Shown here: positions 17,958 through 30,671 of the stretch, piece after piece
How the letters are laid out: every line of letters begins with the position of its first letter
How positions within the stretch are numbered: the stretch's first letter is position 1
DNA from: Gonapodya sp. JEL0774
Lineage: Eukaryota
Reading direction: 5' to 3'
Length of the DNA: 64,000 nucleotides
NCBI GenBank assembly: GCA_027604505.1
Contig: JADIIX010000018.1
Span: forward strand, 124,001-188,000
Position numbers and translations under genes: made by a program
Notes under the pieces: model-generated
What the model saw: the letters and a program-made list of their open reading frames with translations, nothing else
Databases searched by the model: none
What the model was told of the DNA's origin: nothing

Positions 17958-18615
17958 TCATGTCCGTCCGTTATTGGACCGTCCTTGAGAGTCAGTAGAC
18001 GAGATATGTGACGACGAGCCACCCTGTTCTTGTGTGACCAGAAGCTCAATTTCCACCTCCGACAAACTCCGGGAAGATTGCTTCCGCTTTCCATTTGCCG
18101 CTCCTCCTCCACTCAACGCAATGGGTTCAATCTCGTGCCGCATGCAAAGATGCTCACCACCGACGACCATTATAGTGCATGAGGCCAAGAAGGTGCAGTA
18201 CCATGTCAACGAGAGTGGCAATGATCCGGTGTAGAAGGAGACCACACAGAGATGCAGGAAGTGAAGGGTGCAGGCGAAATCAAGGCAAAGTCGAGTCCTC
18301 TCCACAATCCAAAGCATTAAGAAACAGCTGAATAGGGAGAACGTGAGTGCAGCTCCCCGACGTTGAGAACAAGAACACTGCTTACCCAACACATGCAGCT
18401 AAAAGGTCCCCAAAAACAACACCCCAGCCTAAGGCTGTGTCCAGGCGGGTCGATGACCAGTTCAACAGGACGTCGGTGGTCCAGGGAGCGGCAGCGATCA
18501 AGTGGAGCAGCGAGAATATGACGACAAGAGTGAGATACCAGGACGTTTGCAAGCAGATAATCTGTCCAACGATGAGAAAAGGATCCCAATGGCTCGCGCG
18601 GAAGCCTGGGGCCAT
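17958..18615 (-). CDS. SYS1: Golgi integral membrane protein Sys1
   Basis: MAPGFRASHWDPFLIVGQIICLQ, IVERTRLCLDFACTLHFLHL, GEHLCMRHEIEPI. Confidence 0.92.
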
Positions 18616-19017
18616 CACAGGATTACAGTTTGTTCGCCCTATTGCAGTCTCATTCGTGATTGAAGGACAGTGTATGTGGTTCATTGGTTTAGCCGCATTA
18701 CTTGAATGAACTGAGCGCTTGAAAGATCATATAGTTGTGAGACACTACATAAAGAGGGCGTCGACATTTACTAGCTGTTGTCCCGAATTACTGCTGCATG
18801 AAGGTTCTTTCTGGATGATGTGGGCTCACCTTTCGGGGAGACAACATGTGGCGATGAGCTGCAAGAATGCACACGCATATCAGGTGACAAAAGCGGCGCA
18901 CTCCAAGGGGTTTATTTTTGAAGTTCAACTATATTGTATCAAAGCGAACATAAAGGGGATGCCCAATCAGGTTGTCTGACATGCGACCAATCACAACTTT
19001 CGCCTCTCGTCATCGCT

Positions 19018-21640
19018 CTAGAGGAGCATCGCAATTTCCGCCATAACTACCTGCATTCCATCCCAACTCTTTCCACTTGAGCCGCCTTTGCTTTGACTCG
19101 CACTGGCTGTCGTTCCAGTCCCCACCGACATAATGGCTTCAACTACACGATCATCGTCCATTTTCGCCAATTCCGCACCACCCGGGACCATCGGATGCAC
19201 CGAGGTGTATGTTTGCGGAGTAGGGTGAGGTGAGTGGTGGAGGAGCCCGCTCTGCATTGTTGAGGCCGAGTTTGGGGGGGGTGAATTCTTCACCTGAGTG
19301 GCGGAGTGCACTGCTGGCTGCGACGTTGGCTTGTCCCATATCGGTGAAAGACTGATTGGGGACAAGCCTCCGGGGCTCATAGGGACGTAGGGCACGTCTG
19401 TCGCTGAACGGTGCGGGTTACGCCAAGTTTGAGCATTTGAGCGGCCTGGAGGAGGCGTAATCGCTGAAGAAGAATGAGGGCTGGGTGGAACGGACGTGGG
19501 ACGGAACGCGGGTCCCGAGGGAGCAGGACCATTTCCAGACTCAGAAATTGCAGGTGTGGAACCATCAACCTGATTTAGAAGTGCCGATACCGATGGTAGT
19601 GTCGTAAGCCCATTGCCGTTATGGTTCCGGGACGCGTTACCGTTGACTGGTTCTTGTGACATGTGTAGCGAAGATTCAAGACGTGACATGGCAGGTGGAG
19701 GTGCTGTTGAAGGAAGAGAATACAAATGCGAGGGATGGTCCGAGGAGGCTGAAGAATACGGACCAGATTGCCGCGCGTAAGATGCGGGAGGATAAAAGCT
19801 ACTTCGGGAATCTAAGTCGGAGGTAAAATAACGGAATGGTCAGAATGGAAAATCGCGAAACAAAACATTCCCCAAAAACGGAAAATATACCATAATTCTC
19901 CCCAGGTCCACTGAACCACTCTCCACTATAACTAGATGGTGCTTGCGATGGTGCTGGGGTAGGTGGCTGCCCGGGCGCATACCCAGAATAACCGTACCCT
20001 TGGGGGTAACCCCCATTCTGACCTCCATACCAGCTCCCACTGCTCATCTGTTGCCCTGGGCTCGATCCGATATGCGGCCCACCTCGTCCCATGGAGGTTA
20101 GTATATCTACCACTTCCTCATCTCCGCCAATTTGACCACCTCCCCTACCCCTTGTTGCCTGGCCAGCTGTCAAAGACCGACCAGGAGCAGGCCATAAGGG
20201 ACTGAGGCCAACTCCACCAGGGGCCATTCCAAATCTTCCTCCACCGTAAGGTCCAGCTCGTGGGTCAGATGCAACACGACCACGCAGGGATCTGGGTGGG
20301 GGTATATCATAAGGTGCAGGGCTCCGAGCTTTGCCACGCCCAGCCAGGGAGGTGGTGGATCCCGGGGAAGACGCGAGAGGCACTGGTTGCGTCCCGGACC
20401 TGCGTCGCGGAGAGCGAGACCTAAGGGAAGATACCACCGAGTCCGTCGAGTCCGCGTCGGAGTCCCCACGAGGACGGGTGTTCGATGAAGCCGACGCTCG
20501 ATCTATAAGCTCATCGGCAGCTGGAGGTACAGGCATGGTGGCGAGTTCGTCGTCATCCTCTTCCACCTCATATTCATCATCGAGGGCAGCAGATCCGGCA
20601 TCTGAGTTGGTCATAGAAGCAGGGTCTGAAGTGGACCGTATTAGGTTTGGATGATGACCACCACCATAAGGATTAGGAGGAGCAAGATACGTAGCGACGC
20701 CAGCTTGGCTGACAATGCTTGGACTCAGGCCATAGTATGAAGACCAATCTTCGCCCGTCGAATAGCCAGGGGCCGGTTGCGGGTACGCATATCCAGATCC
20801 CGCAGGGTACCCGCCATTCGAGGAGTCCGCGCGCTGTTGACCATGTGGGTGCGCGCCAGACTCCTGTTGCTGATGCGGACTGTCCGCATCCGCCCTAGCT
20901 TTCTTCCAACCCTTAGCGGGACCCCGCTTCTTGGCGACCCTAGAGTCCAAAGGGAGTATCGGTATGTTAGGTATCCTCGCCGACCTTGGCACAAATGAGC
21001 GCCGAGAAAATAAGGGATCCAACCCTTTTTAAACAAGCCAATACGCGCTTCACAGTATTGCAGTTAAGACACTGCAACAGTTTATTGGCCGATCCGTTGT
21101 ATCGCCTCTTCCGATCAAGCCTGGCCAGTGTGACTCGCGTATGTTTCGGATTTCTTGGCGACCAGTCAAGGAGACGCTGATGCAACGAAATCACTCACCA
21201 GTTAAAGTTGCAGGGCAAATTTTTGAGCATGCACGAGGAACAGCGTGGTTTTCTTCCATCGCACCTGTTCGAGATGTCAAGGGTGGAGTGAAAACATCCA
21301 TAATGAAGACAGTACATAAATTTGATAAGGTCACGGCGTGCGATTACGAGTTGAAGTGTTGATGGGTGACACGGGGGTGAACCATGAGATCGGACACTGT
21401 ACACTCGCAAGGCCGCACCACTTACTTGGTCTTCTTCTGCTGGCATCGTTCGCAAGCCTAATTTGCAAAGCGGGGCGTTAGCGCGACTGCTGCAGCCATT
21501 TCACCCTAACAAACTCCTCGCCCTTTCTCCGAGAGCGGATGGACTCGGCGAATCATCCGCACCTTCTTCACCGGGCCATCTTTAAACACGCCCCCTTGAT
21601 CTTGTCCTGTGTAGCTGCTGTTAGCTTCATCAGCTTCCAT
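19018..21640 (-). CDS. Zn(II)2Cys6 transcription factor with long low-complexity C-terminus
   Basis: Spliced ACERCQQKKTK|CDGRKPRCSSCMLKNLPC followed by KKRGPAKG; remainder G/S/P/Y-rich; start inferred at MEADEANSS. Confidence 0.85.
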
Positions 21641-21990
21641 CGGCTGCGTGGTGGGTCCTTGTTCCGCCTCGGAGTTTCAGAGGGGAATATTGTGCGGTCT
21701 CAGTGGGTGCGTCGATTTTCTTTGTCCCTGTTGAAATCCAACTCCTCCACCCTCACAGTTGCAACTCAGTCAGTATTATGTACGGTTGATAAGCAATTTA
21801 GCACAAATAGCCGCTGGCGGATAGTGGACTTATAGGAGTACTACCAGAACCCAGTCATACAACATCCGGGGTTAACATAGGAGTTCATTTTCATGCAAAT
21901 TCTAGCTATTGTGCATACCAAAATTTGAGGTTTTAGGATCTTTAAGTGAAGTTGAAAGTGGAGCAACCAAAACTTGTAAAGTTATACACA

Positions 21991-23858
21991 TTATGCCGCG
22001 CTTGCTCCTGCATCAGTACCACTTGACGGTGCTTCCGAGACCGCTCGTCCACTACCACTACCACTTCCCAAGGAATACCTCACAACACGCCGAGGCGCGG
22101 AATGGCCTTGTTGTGAACGTCCCGCGAAGGTGCCAGGCGGTGACGGGGAACCGTCACTTGAGGATGCCCAGGTTCCAGGAGACTCTTTCATATAATACCG
22201 AGTCGCTGTAGGAGTGCGTACATCTGAGGTGGGTTTGGGGGGAGGCCGGGAAAGCGTCCGAGGGGGAACAATGTTGCGGTACCGTGGGGGCGAAGCAGTT
22301 GGTCGTTCGGTAACACACCCGAGCGGAAATGTACCTTGCGACAACGTAGTATAGTTGATTCCCTGATGTGTGGAATGCTCGTTTGATAACAAATCAACAG
22401 TAACGGCGGATAGACCCGGTTGACTACTTACCGAGCCCCACCCATCGCCCAATCGAGCATTTACACCCAAGGCATCGCCAGGTCGCAGATCCACTTCATC
22501 TGCTTCCCTCCTTGTGTGGGAATGTCCAGCATGAACAATATTGCAAGATCCGGCAACGTAGTCACGCATACCAGTAGCCAGCTTACTGGTCCTGGAATAT
22601 TGTCGGGAAAGAAGAGCATGATGACGGCGCAGAGCAGTTACAGTAGGAAGCTCTGTACTGAGTGAAACAGTGGGCGATCCTTCGGAGCTCTTCCCGTTGC
22701 CGACGAACAGTGCTCGCACTTTCTCACGCACGTCGCCGAGCTCCCGTTGCGCGACTGTTAGCTGTTCCACAAGGTTGTTGTTGGCGATTTGTAAGGCAGC
22801 AACGCGCTCCTGGGATGGAAGAATGCTCAAGGTGGACCCATTACGACGAGGTGAAGATCCGCTCTCAGGTAACGAAGTCAATGTTGATAATAGTGTCACA
22901 GAAGTATTGAAATCAGAGTCTGCTGCTAGGGCTGTGGAACGCACTACCGTGGCTGTGCCGCTATCCGAAGGAGAACCCAATGAGGTGAATTCCGTGGGTG
23001 AGAAGGAGAACGCGGACAATGGATCCTCGACCCAAGCGTCCCCAACTCCCAACTCAACAGCCAAGAGAGGTAAGGGGAGTGGAATTATTGGTGGAATAGA
23101 GTTCATTTTCTTATCGAAAGTCCGATCGTTGGCCGTTTGTGCCTTCAAAATTGACAGAAATTCAGGTTGGGGTGAACAAGTGAGTCCAAACCCGTCCTCT
23201 CCAGCTGCAAGCCGCTGTGCTCGTTCCAGACTGAACTTTGTTACCCGCACTCCGTGCAGGAGAAGGCGTTTCACAATCTCAGCGTCTGGTTTAAGTGTGC
23301 GCGGAATCGGCTCGGGTGACACTCCATTGCCATAGTCCACCACCACCACACCCCCAGGAGCATTCCACAAACGCTCTTCCGTAGGAGAGGATTCCGTCCA
23401 GTGGGTGAGAGCGAGGTCCAATGGAGAATGAAAGCGCCAGTTGGGATTACGAAGCCAGGGAGCTTCCGCTAGTCCAGACGGGTTCGAGAGCCCTGCTGTC
23501 ATCGCAGGAACGCGCCAAGATATCGGAGTGTTGACATCGTGGCCTTTGTGGCATGTTTTATGAGACAATGTAAGGTGATATATCGCATACAGTGGGACCC
23601 ACTATCTGCACCGAGCAAAATGTCCACCATATCAGTTCGACCATCTCGCATAGCCAGCGCCAGCGCTGACTCGCACTCAGCTGACTCCTCCACGTCCTCA
23701 CCGCTCCCAGCGCCTTTTTTCAGCCATCTGATCCGAACAACCTTTCGCGAGTTTGGGTCAACGCCTGCCTCCAACAGTGCCTGTAATAGCGGTAAATCAC
23801 CAGCCTCTACAGCTTCTATAAGAAGGGCAGCTGGGTCCACAACAGCGGTTGCGGTCAT
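21991..23858 (-). CDS. Ankyrin-like / coiled-coil / SH3 protein, paralog A
   Basis: LIEAVEAGDLPLLQALLEAGVDPN, ESALALAMRDGRTDMVDILL, coiled coil LQIANNNLVEQL, SH3 DEVDLRPGD..DGWG|GINYTTLSQGTFPLGCV. Confidence 0.8.
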
Positions 23859-24350
23859 GGTTGGCCGTCCAGGGTATTGGGGGTATTCCAAATCGCGTCA
23901 AAACTCCGGCAAGTTGGGCGACTGGCTCGCCGCTGTAGCTGGGAAGGCGACCGCGCCGCGGGGGTTTGAGGATGATAGGAGATACAATAATGTCAGGTAT
24001 ATTAACTCGAAGAGCGAATTCAGCGCCACTCACACGTCCGTTAGCCTCCGCCCAATACTCATCTGAAAGTTTTAATTAATTAATCAATAGTTGATTATAG
24101 CTTCTACACCATGATATCAAAGTACCGACTTTCTATAGTAGCAGTTCACACTCTTTTCATCAAGCAGTGAATCAAGTGAGGTTTCTCGGATGAGTTCATC
24201 TCTCCACATCACACAATGGCAGCACCGTTAAAGTATAGCTGGCTGTAAGTTAGCTTTATGTTACGAGCTTTCACCTGCAACTAACTTGCTTTTTACTTCG
24301 GGGGAGTGAACCATTGGACATCGAAGACGGACAGCCAACCCCACTTACAA

Positions 24351-24838
24351 TAGTGGGTTTCAAAATTAGAGATTATGCAAGTCAAAAACAGTTCGCAGAA
24401 TAATTGCTTCCGGCTGTGCATAATTTATTCTGCAACTCTGGATCCGCATAACGAAGACCGCATAACGCACAACAGCATCCAACAGACGTTCTAGTTAATT
24501 GAATAAGCTCTGCTCTACCAATCCCAAGTGCAAATCAATTGCTTTTGCAGCTTGTAAGAGGATTTTGATGCCAAATACAATCTTCATCGTATCAACCGCT
24601 TCTTTGGCGCCCGACTCCAAGCTTCTGCAAACAGTGGGACTACCCACTGCCGAGCGTTAAGATTACTGTGAAACGTTGTAGAATGTCGAGGGAATGCTGA
24701 TTTAGGTGCGACTTTGGAATGGAATCAGACATACTATTTTTGAAACCCCCTCGCCTAATGAAAGGCAGAAACACATGGAATGGCCGCATAATTTTTCAGA
24801 TGATGCGGTTGCATAATCTCTAATTTTGAAACCCACTA
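24351..24838. mobile_element. Non-autonomous DNA transposon (MITE-like), 488 bp
   Basis: Perfect 30-bp terminal inverted repeat tagtgggtttcaaaattagagattatgcaa (24351-24380) / ttgcataatctctaattttgaaacccacta (24809-24838); no coding capacity; repeated internal GCATAA motifs. Confidence 0.88.
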
Positions 24839-25105
24839 ATCTATTTTTAATGCCTCAAAATTAGGGTAGCTGAAGCCATATTCTATGGATCGGGTTCCTT
24901 GTGTGATGCTTGAATCTTTGAATCAGTGACAGTGAGTATGCTTTCGTGCTTCCACCTCTCCTCTCGTCCCTTCGACCACTTAATGATCCAGCGGACCTGT
25001 CCAAACTTAAAATGTACGTATCCAAAAATTTTTGATTGACTCTGTGCTGCCTCCTCCTGTCCCCGCAGGAGCTCGCGCGTGCGAGTATTTTTGCAGGTTG
25101 CTGTA

Positions 25106-27330
25106 TCAAACAACAACCACCTCCCCATTTAACCTCATCTCCGGTAGTGCTAAGCCGGCGTCCGAATCGGAAGAAGACGAGCACACAGAAGAGTCATCGT
25201 CATCAGAGGCTCCGACGAGACCAATTTTAGCGTTGGAAGGATTTCCAGTCACACCAATGTTTGCTCTCCGCAAATTCGGCGCCATGATACTGTCAGTCGA
25301 GAAATTACTAACAGGGCTGTATAGTCCACGGTTGGAGAGCGAGACTGAATTTGGAGCACTAATACCGCTCAGACCCGCTGACATTGTTCGGTATGGAAGA
25401 GGAGGCGCCGATAAATGGCTACTGGATTGATCTTCCAGATGCTGAGAAACAACAGTCGACATTGGTGACGCAGACACGGGAGAGGTAGAAAGGTATCCCA
25501 TTGGGAAAAATCCAGATTGAATCGTATTTCTGTTGGTGCCCTGGATGGATGACCAGCAATGATAGTACTGAGGTAAGATATCCTGGTCACATATTGAAAG
25601 ACGTCCTACTCACGGCACCCCATCCATCAGCAAGCTCATAAATACACCAAATTGCATCGCCAACACTCAATGACACTTCGTCAGACTCCCTGCGCTCATA
25701 AGGATGTTGAGCATAGAGGAGCTTCCGCACGGAAACAGGCGCTTCCCCGTTAACAACCTGTTCAAGCTCCAACATCGTCGCAAAGGCTGCTGCGCTCACT
25801 GACGTGTTCACTGTGGACACAGATCGGTCTGCCCTATGAACTCTTTCTACCAGAGTGTCTGTCCGCATGGTGAAATTGTCCATTTCGAGCACCAGCTTAT
25901 CTCTCTCCAATTCACCTATTCGTGAGCCACGATCTTCTAAAGCGTGTTCCAAAGAAACTGCCCGTTTCTGAAGGTCTTCAATCAGTTGACGCTGCGACTC
26001 AATGGTAGACGCTTGCTCGGCCAACGCCTGCGTCATGTCCGAGGTATCAAGAACGGGGAGAATAGGGCTTACAGGACTCGGTGAGGATCGTCGAGTTGAC
26101 GCGGTGCGAGGGTGATTTTGAATCCGGTTGACGGTTCGGGACCGAATCGGTTGGGGGAAAGTTCCATGTTCGTGTTCGTGGTGTATGGTCCGCTGAGCTT
26201 TTGATCCATTCATATGTACATTCAGCCCATCTGCTGCAAAAGTGTCCATCCCTATGGGGGTGGATGATCCGGAGGCCGGTGGAGTATCCAATTGACGATC
26301 ACGAAGGTGGGCCTGAAGGACTTCATAATACGACTGCTCAGGTGGAAAAGTGTCACCCCACCGGTTGGATCCCTTGGCAAGTTCCTTTGCAGCCTGGAGT
26401 TCGCCCTCGGAAACACGTGCGCCATGTTTGAGAAGCAGCTGAACAATGTCGATGCTCGGAATCAACGTGAAGCGGTCACACACACCGTCCCAGTCCGAAG
26501 GATTCTCGAGCACGACCTCGGCACCCATTTTATTGAAGTCCCAGCGTCCACAATTCAGAGCGAACTCGAGTGCTGACCGGTACTTGTATGCTTCATCCTC
26601 GAGCCAGCGCTGTGAGTCCCATTTCTTCTTATCCCACTTTGAATGGTACCATGAGAGCTTCCATCTTATACGAGAGTTAGCATCGCAACCTGGGGAAAGG
26701 GAACGGTTGAGAGTCCGAGTCACTAGTTTCATCAAAAGTCAGACGTGCTCCTCCTTCGCCCTCGTTCCAGCACGGAGTCAAACAAAACATCTGTTATTAT
26801 TCGAAGTGAGTGAGGGGAGCGCCTAATCCGTGTGACAAGACCCCAATGTCCAGCAAATTGTCCCTGGTCAGTCATCTGTCACGAAAGCTGCCCCATGCCG
26901 TGCAGTTCATCTGGCAGCTTTTGCTTCACATAGCGTGACATATGTTCTTTGGCACAAACAAACAAAATACTGCAGTTCAACTGGTTTCTCCTGTGGCGCT
27001 TGTGTAAAACCGCCGTTCTCATCCCCAGTCAAAGTCTCCATTCAACAACTCACCTGCCTCGAGCAGCACCCTCACGACATCCGGCCTCCCGTTTCTGATC
27101 GCTAACGCAAGAGCCGATTCTGCCCACACGGAATCCGTCTCCTTAGTGGCGGAGTCCAGCTTCACTCTGAGGGTTACTTTCTTCCGCGCACCCACGTCGG
27201 CACCCAGCTCACAGGCGCGCCTTGCCGCGGAAGCAGAGCCCCATTCGACAGCCTCAATGAGACGTGCGTTCGCCCCCTCATTCATTCCTGACTCTCCGAG
27301 TTTCGGGTCCTTTTTGGGACCAGTTTGCAT
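25106..27330 (-). CDS. Ankyrin-like / coiled-coil / SH3 protein, paralog B
   Basis: LIEAVEWGS..GADVGARKKVTL, ESALALAIRNGRPDVVRVLLEAG, coiled coil, SH3 YERRESDEVSLSVGD..DGWG|GTNRNTIQSGFFPMGYL. Confidence 0.82.
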
Positions 27331-27512
27331 CCTTTTCCTCCACCAACGAACCTTTTTATCATCCCAAAAGGCAAGAGATCTCTTATCCCCATATTATGAG
27401 ACCAGTACATACGCACAATCGGATACATGATGATAGAGGCTGCAGTTGACTGTACAAAATGATATACTAATAATAATTACTCGACAAGTTCACCCGACAT
27501 GTTTATAAAGAT

Positions 27513-30044
27513 CTATCTGTTCAACCTCGCTCCAAACACCGAAGTTGGTTGATGCCAAATTCCGGAATCAGTATCTGATATGGCGACGGACATTATTTCG
27601 CCATTGTTCTCAAAAGCTGGGACAGTTGGATGTGGTGGTATGACTGGCAGAGGTGGCGGCTTGTATGAAAGAGCTGCAGGGGGTTGAGGCGCGCCAGTTT
27701 GAGCACCGTAGGGCCTGAAATCGTTCGCAGATGTTGCATCCGGTTTTGCTATCGAAGAGGCGGGCGCAGGCATGGTAATATTCGGTGCTTTTGGTGCACG
27801 AGTTGAGCTCGTTCGTTTGGAGATGATGGGCTGCTGTGGTCGTGTGGGAGCACAGCACACGAAGGGAAACACGCCAGACTGCTTTCGAGAGTTAGTACCC
27901 TGCGCCCAGCTTGAAATGAAAAACGTTGGAAGTTTTTGAAAGAAAAGACGGAAGTGTCAAGTATAAGTTAGTTCTTATTCCTCTGGTAAAAAATGAAAAT
28001 ACACACCCATCTGCGAAGACATGAACGACATAAACCTCCTCGCGTTCGTTCAAAGGAATCTCATCTTCACTAGTTGGGAGAAAAGATGTGGTGGCAAACA
28101 TAATCTTCCCTACGGGCTTTGGGGTGGGGAATGGATTCTGAACAGGACTTGGAGCCCTTACATTGCTGTCTTGGGTGTGGGTGAGTGGGTGGGACGGATT
28201 TGTCGAGACTTGAAATTCGCTGGGAGGCAGATAATTGAATGGGACGTTACGAGGGAGTGTTGTCGGTACGTTCGGGGGGTATGGGAGGGTCCGCCCTGGC
28301 AGTGTTGCAGCGGCAATCATTCCTGTACCAGCCGCTGCATTGGCAGCCTGCAACTTGTCCTTCAATGTTGCGATAGTCACGTGTGCATCTCTCCCCTCCT
28401 TCTCCAATGCCGAGGCGCGCAATCTTTCCCCGGCAAGGTTCTGCTCCAGTGCCACCAGTCGTGCGCGATCCAAATTGGACGTTTGACCGGCCATTGCCGC
28501 TTGAGCACGTTCCGCTGACAGCTGTTGCTGCAGCTGATCCTTATCCGCATGCACGGCGGCAAGTTGTTGTCTAAGTTGACTCGACACTGCTCGCTCTGCC
28601 GCAAGTTCCTGCAAGAGCTGCGACGATCGCGACCGCTCGAGCGAGAATCGACTTTCCGCCGCAGCTTTTTCCGCCTGCAAAGCCTGGTTAGCAGTCTCCA
28701 AGTCTGTGATCTTCGCTGTCAAGGTACTCTTCTCGGCTTCGAGTTGGCGGCTTTGAGTCGAAAGTGTCTGTCGTTCTCTTTCCAGTTCTGCAATGCGAGC
28801 TCCCAGTCGACCCTTTTCTCTCTCGGCCTCCTGTAATCGTGAGTTCTGCGCATCTCCAGCTGTCAGCTTCCGTTCGAATCGCGCCCGCTCCGTATCCAAC
28901 TCTACTGTCTTGGATGCCAACTGAGTAGCCAGATGTTGCCGCTCTCGTTCCAACTCCGGTACCCGCGCGGCCAGAATTGCAAGTTGCTGGCGCTGATTTT
29001 CCAACTCCGTCAATCGATTACGAAGCCGGTCGTTGGAGGATAAACCTCCGCTTCCACCTCCAGCACTTCCAGCACTGTTCCCAGATCCTGTCAGCTGCTT
29101 CCTGAGTTCGTCAATGGTCTCTCGCAGCTTTTCGTTCAACCGCATCTGCTCGGTCAGCTTCTCGGCAACACGTGCCAATTCTTGCGCGTGTGCTAGCTTT
29201 GAAGAGGTGCTGCTCGCTGCATCTCCAGATCCAGATGATACATTGCTTCGGTGTCGGGGCAGGCTACCACCGTCGATTATCCGGTCGCTGGATCTAAATT
29301 GTCCCTGTCTAGCCTTAAGTAATCGAAGAAAAGCATCGTTCGCGGGAAATTGCTGTCCATATCGGTCCTTGCCGTCCCTGAGCTCACGAGCTCTTCGCAT
29401 TTCCGCGTCCCCAAACTGTGCCCCACAGTTCAATACTTGGCGGCAGAACGAGGATATGTCAATCAGCTGAGCTTTATAGATTCCTTCCATGACAAGGGAC
29501 TTACGGAGTTCCACAATCTCAACGGAAGGAACAAGTTGGAAGAAGTCACTGACATCCTCGCCAGTACTCGGATCTGTTACGGTGATACGAGCCCCAGGCT
29601 TGTTGAAGTACAAGGGCCCACGCACTAGTGCAAACTCGGTGAGCGAGGCAAAGGAGTTGTTCGTCCATCTTAATGTTTCCCAATCGCGTTGTGTCCATTT
29701 TGCATGTGGGAATGCGATCTTCCAGTCCACAGCCGAATTGACGTCAGTCGCTCCTGTTCGAATAAGAGGAGTAATCTGTCTTGAGCAAACAAGAGCCACA
29801 ACAGTGTGTGCTTACTTGAATTGAGGAGCATCCGCAGAATTTCTACATTTGAACTCCGAACGGACAGAAGAAGCGCAGACTCCACCATCACCGTTTCTGA
29901 TTCCATTTTACCGTTCACATTGACACACAAGGTCACTGATTTGCGAGCGTTGGGGCTTGCACCAGACTGAAGAGCCTGGGCGATTTCTTGAAGATCCCCG
30001 CGTTCGAGGGCTTCCAAAAGCTGCGAGTTTGGGTCCGAACTCAT
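27513..30044 (-). CDS. Ankyrin-like / long coiled-coil / SH3 protein, paralog C
   Basis: LLEALERGDL..GASPNARKSVTL, ESALLLSVRSSNVEILRMLL, roughly 280-aa coiled coil, SH3 FLPTSEDEIPLNERE..ADG|WAQGTNSRKQSGVFPFVC. Confidence 0.82.
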
Positions 30045-30671
30045 ATCAGCGCCGTCTCCACTAGGCTCCGATATCAGAGCAAGATTGATGCTGGATTTCC
30101 CTTAGAAAATAGCAACGGGCGACGTTTGTGTGAACAACGATGGGAAGAAGTGATGTTGCTGTGGACTTATGGACGTGATAAAAGTCGGAGGTCTCAACTC
30201 AGCACAAGCTCGTGGCAACCACAACAAACGATTCGCTCATCAAAAGATCGATTGATGTTTTGGGTGAATTATCGGCGGACCTTTGCGTTTGAGTTTATTA
30301 TTGCGCATAGTTCCGCAGATGTCACCGGCTTTCCTGGGACGCTGCAGAGTGGGAGGAGAACAGAACACCTGCTGTATTCCCCCCATTGTAATCCTCTTAG
30401 TCTTGCATTTGTCATCCCTCTCAATCCAAGTCATGTGTGGACAGGCAGGAGGATAGAGATTACGCGTATCATTGGTTGTTATTGAATCTACGATAAGAGT
30501 AAGCAGAGGGGCGTGGACGGCCGCTAGTCTGTGGTGCTCAATAATATCGACAAATTTTGATGTGTTCAGTTTGTGGTGAGTGCAGCAATAATGGCGTCTC
30601 GCGATGGGGACTGCCACGGAGGTCGGTTGGGATTGTGCCGATCGTTTCACTTTCAAATTCGCAATTTCGCA

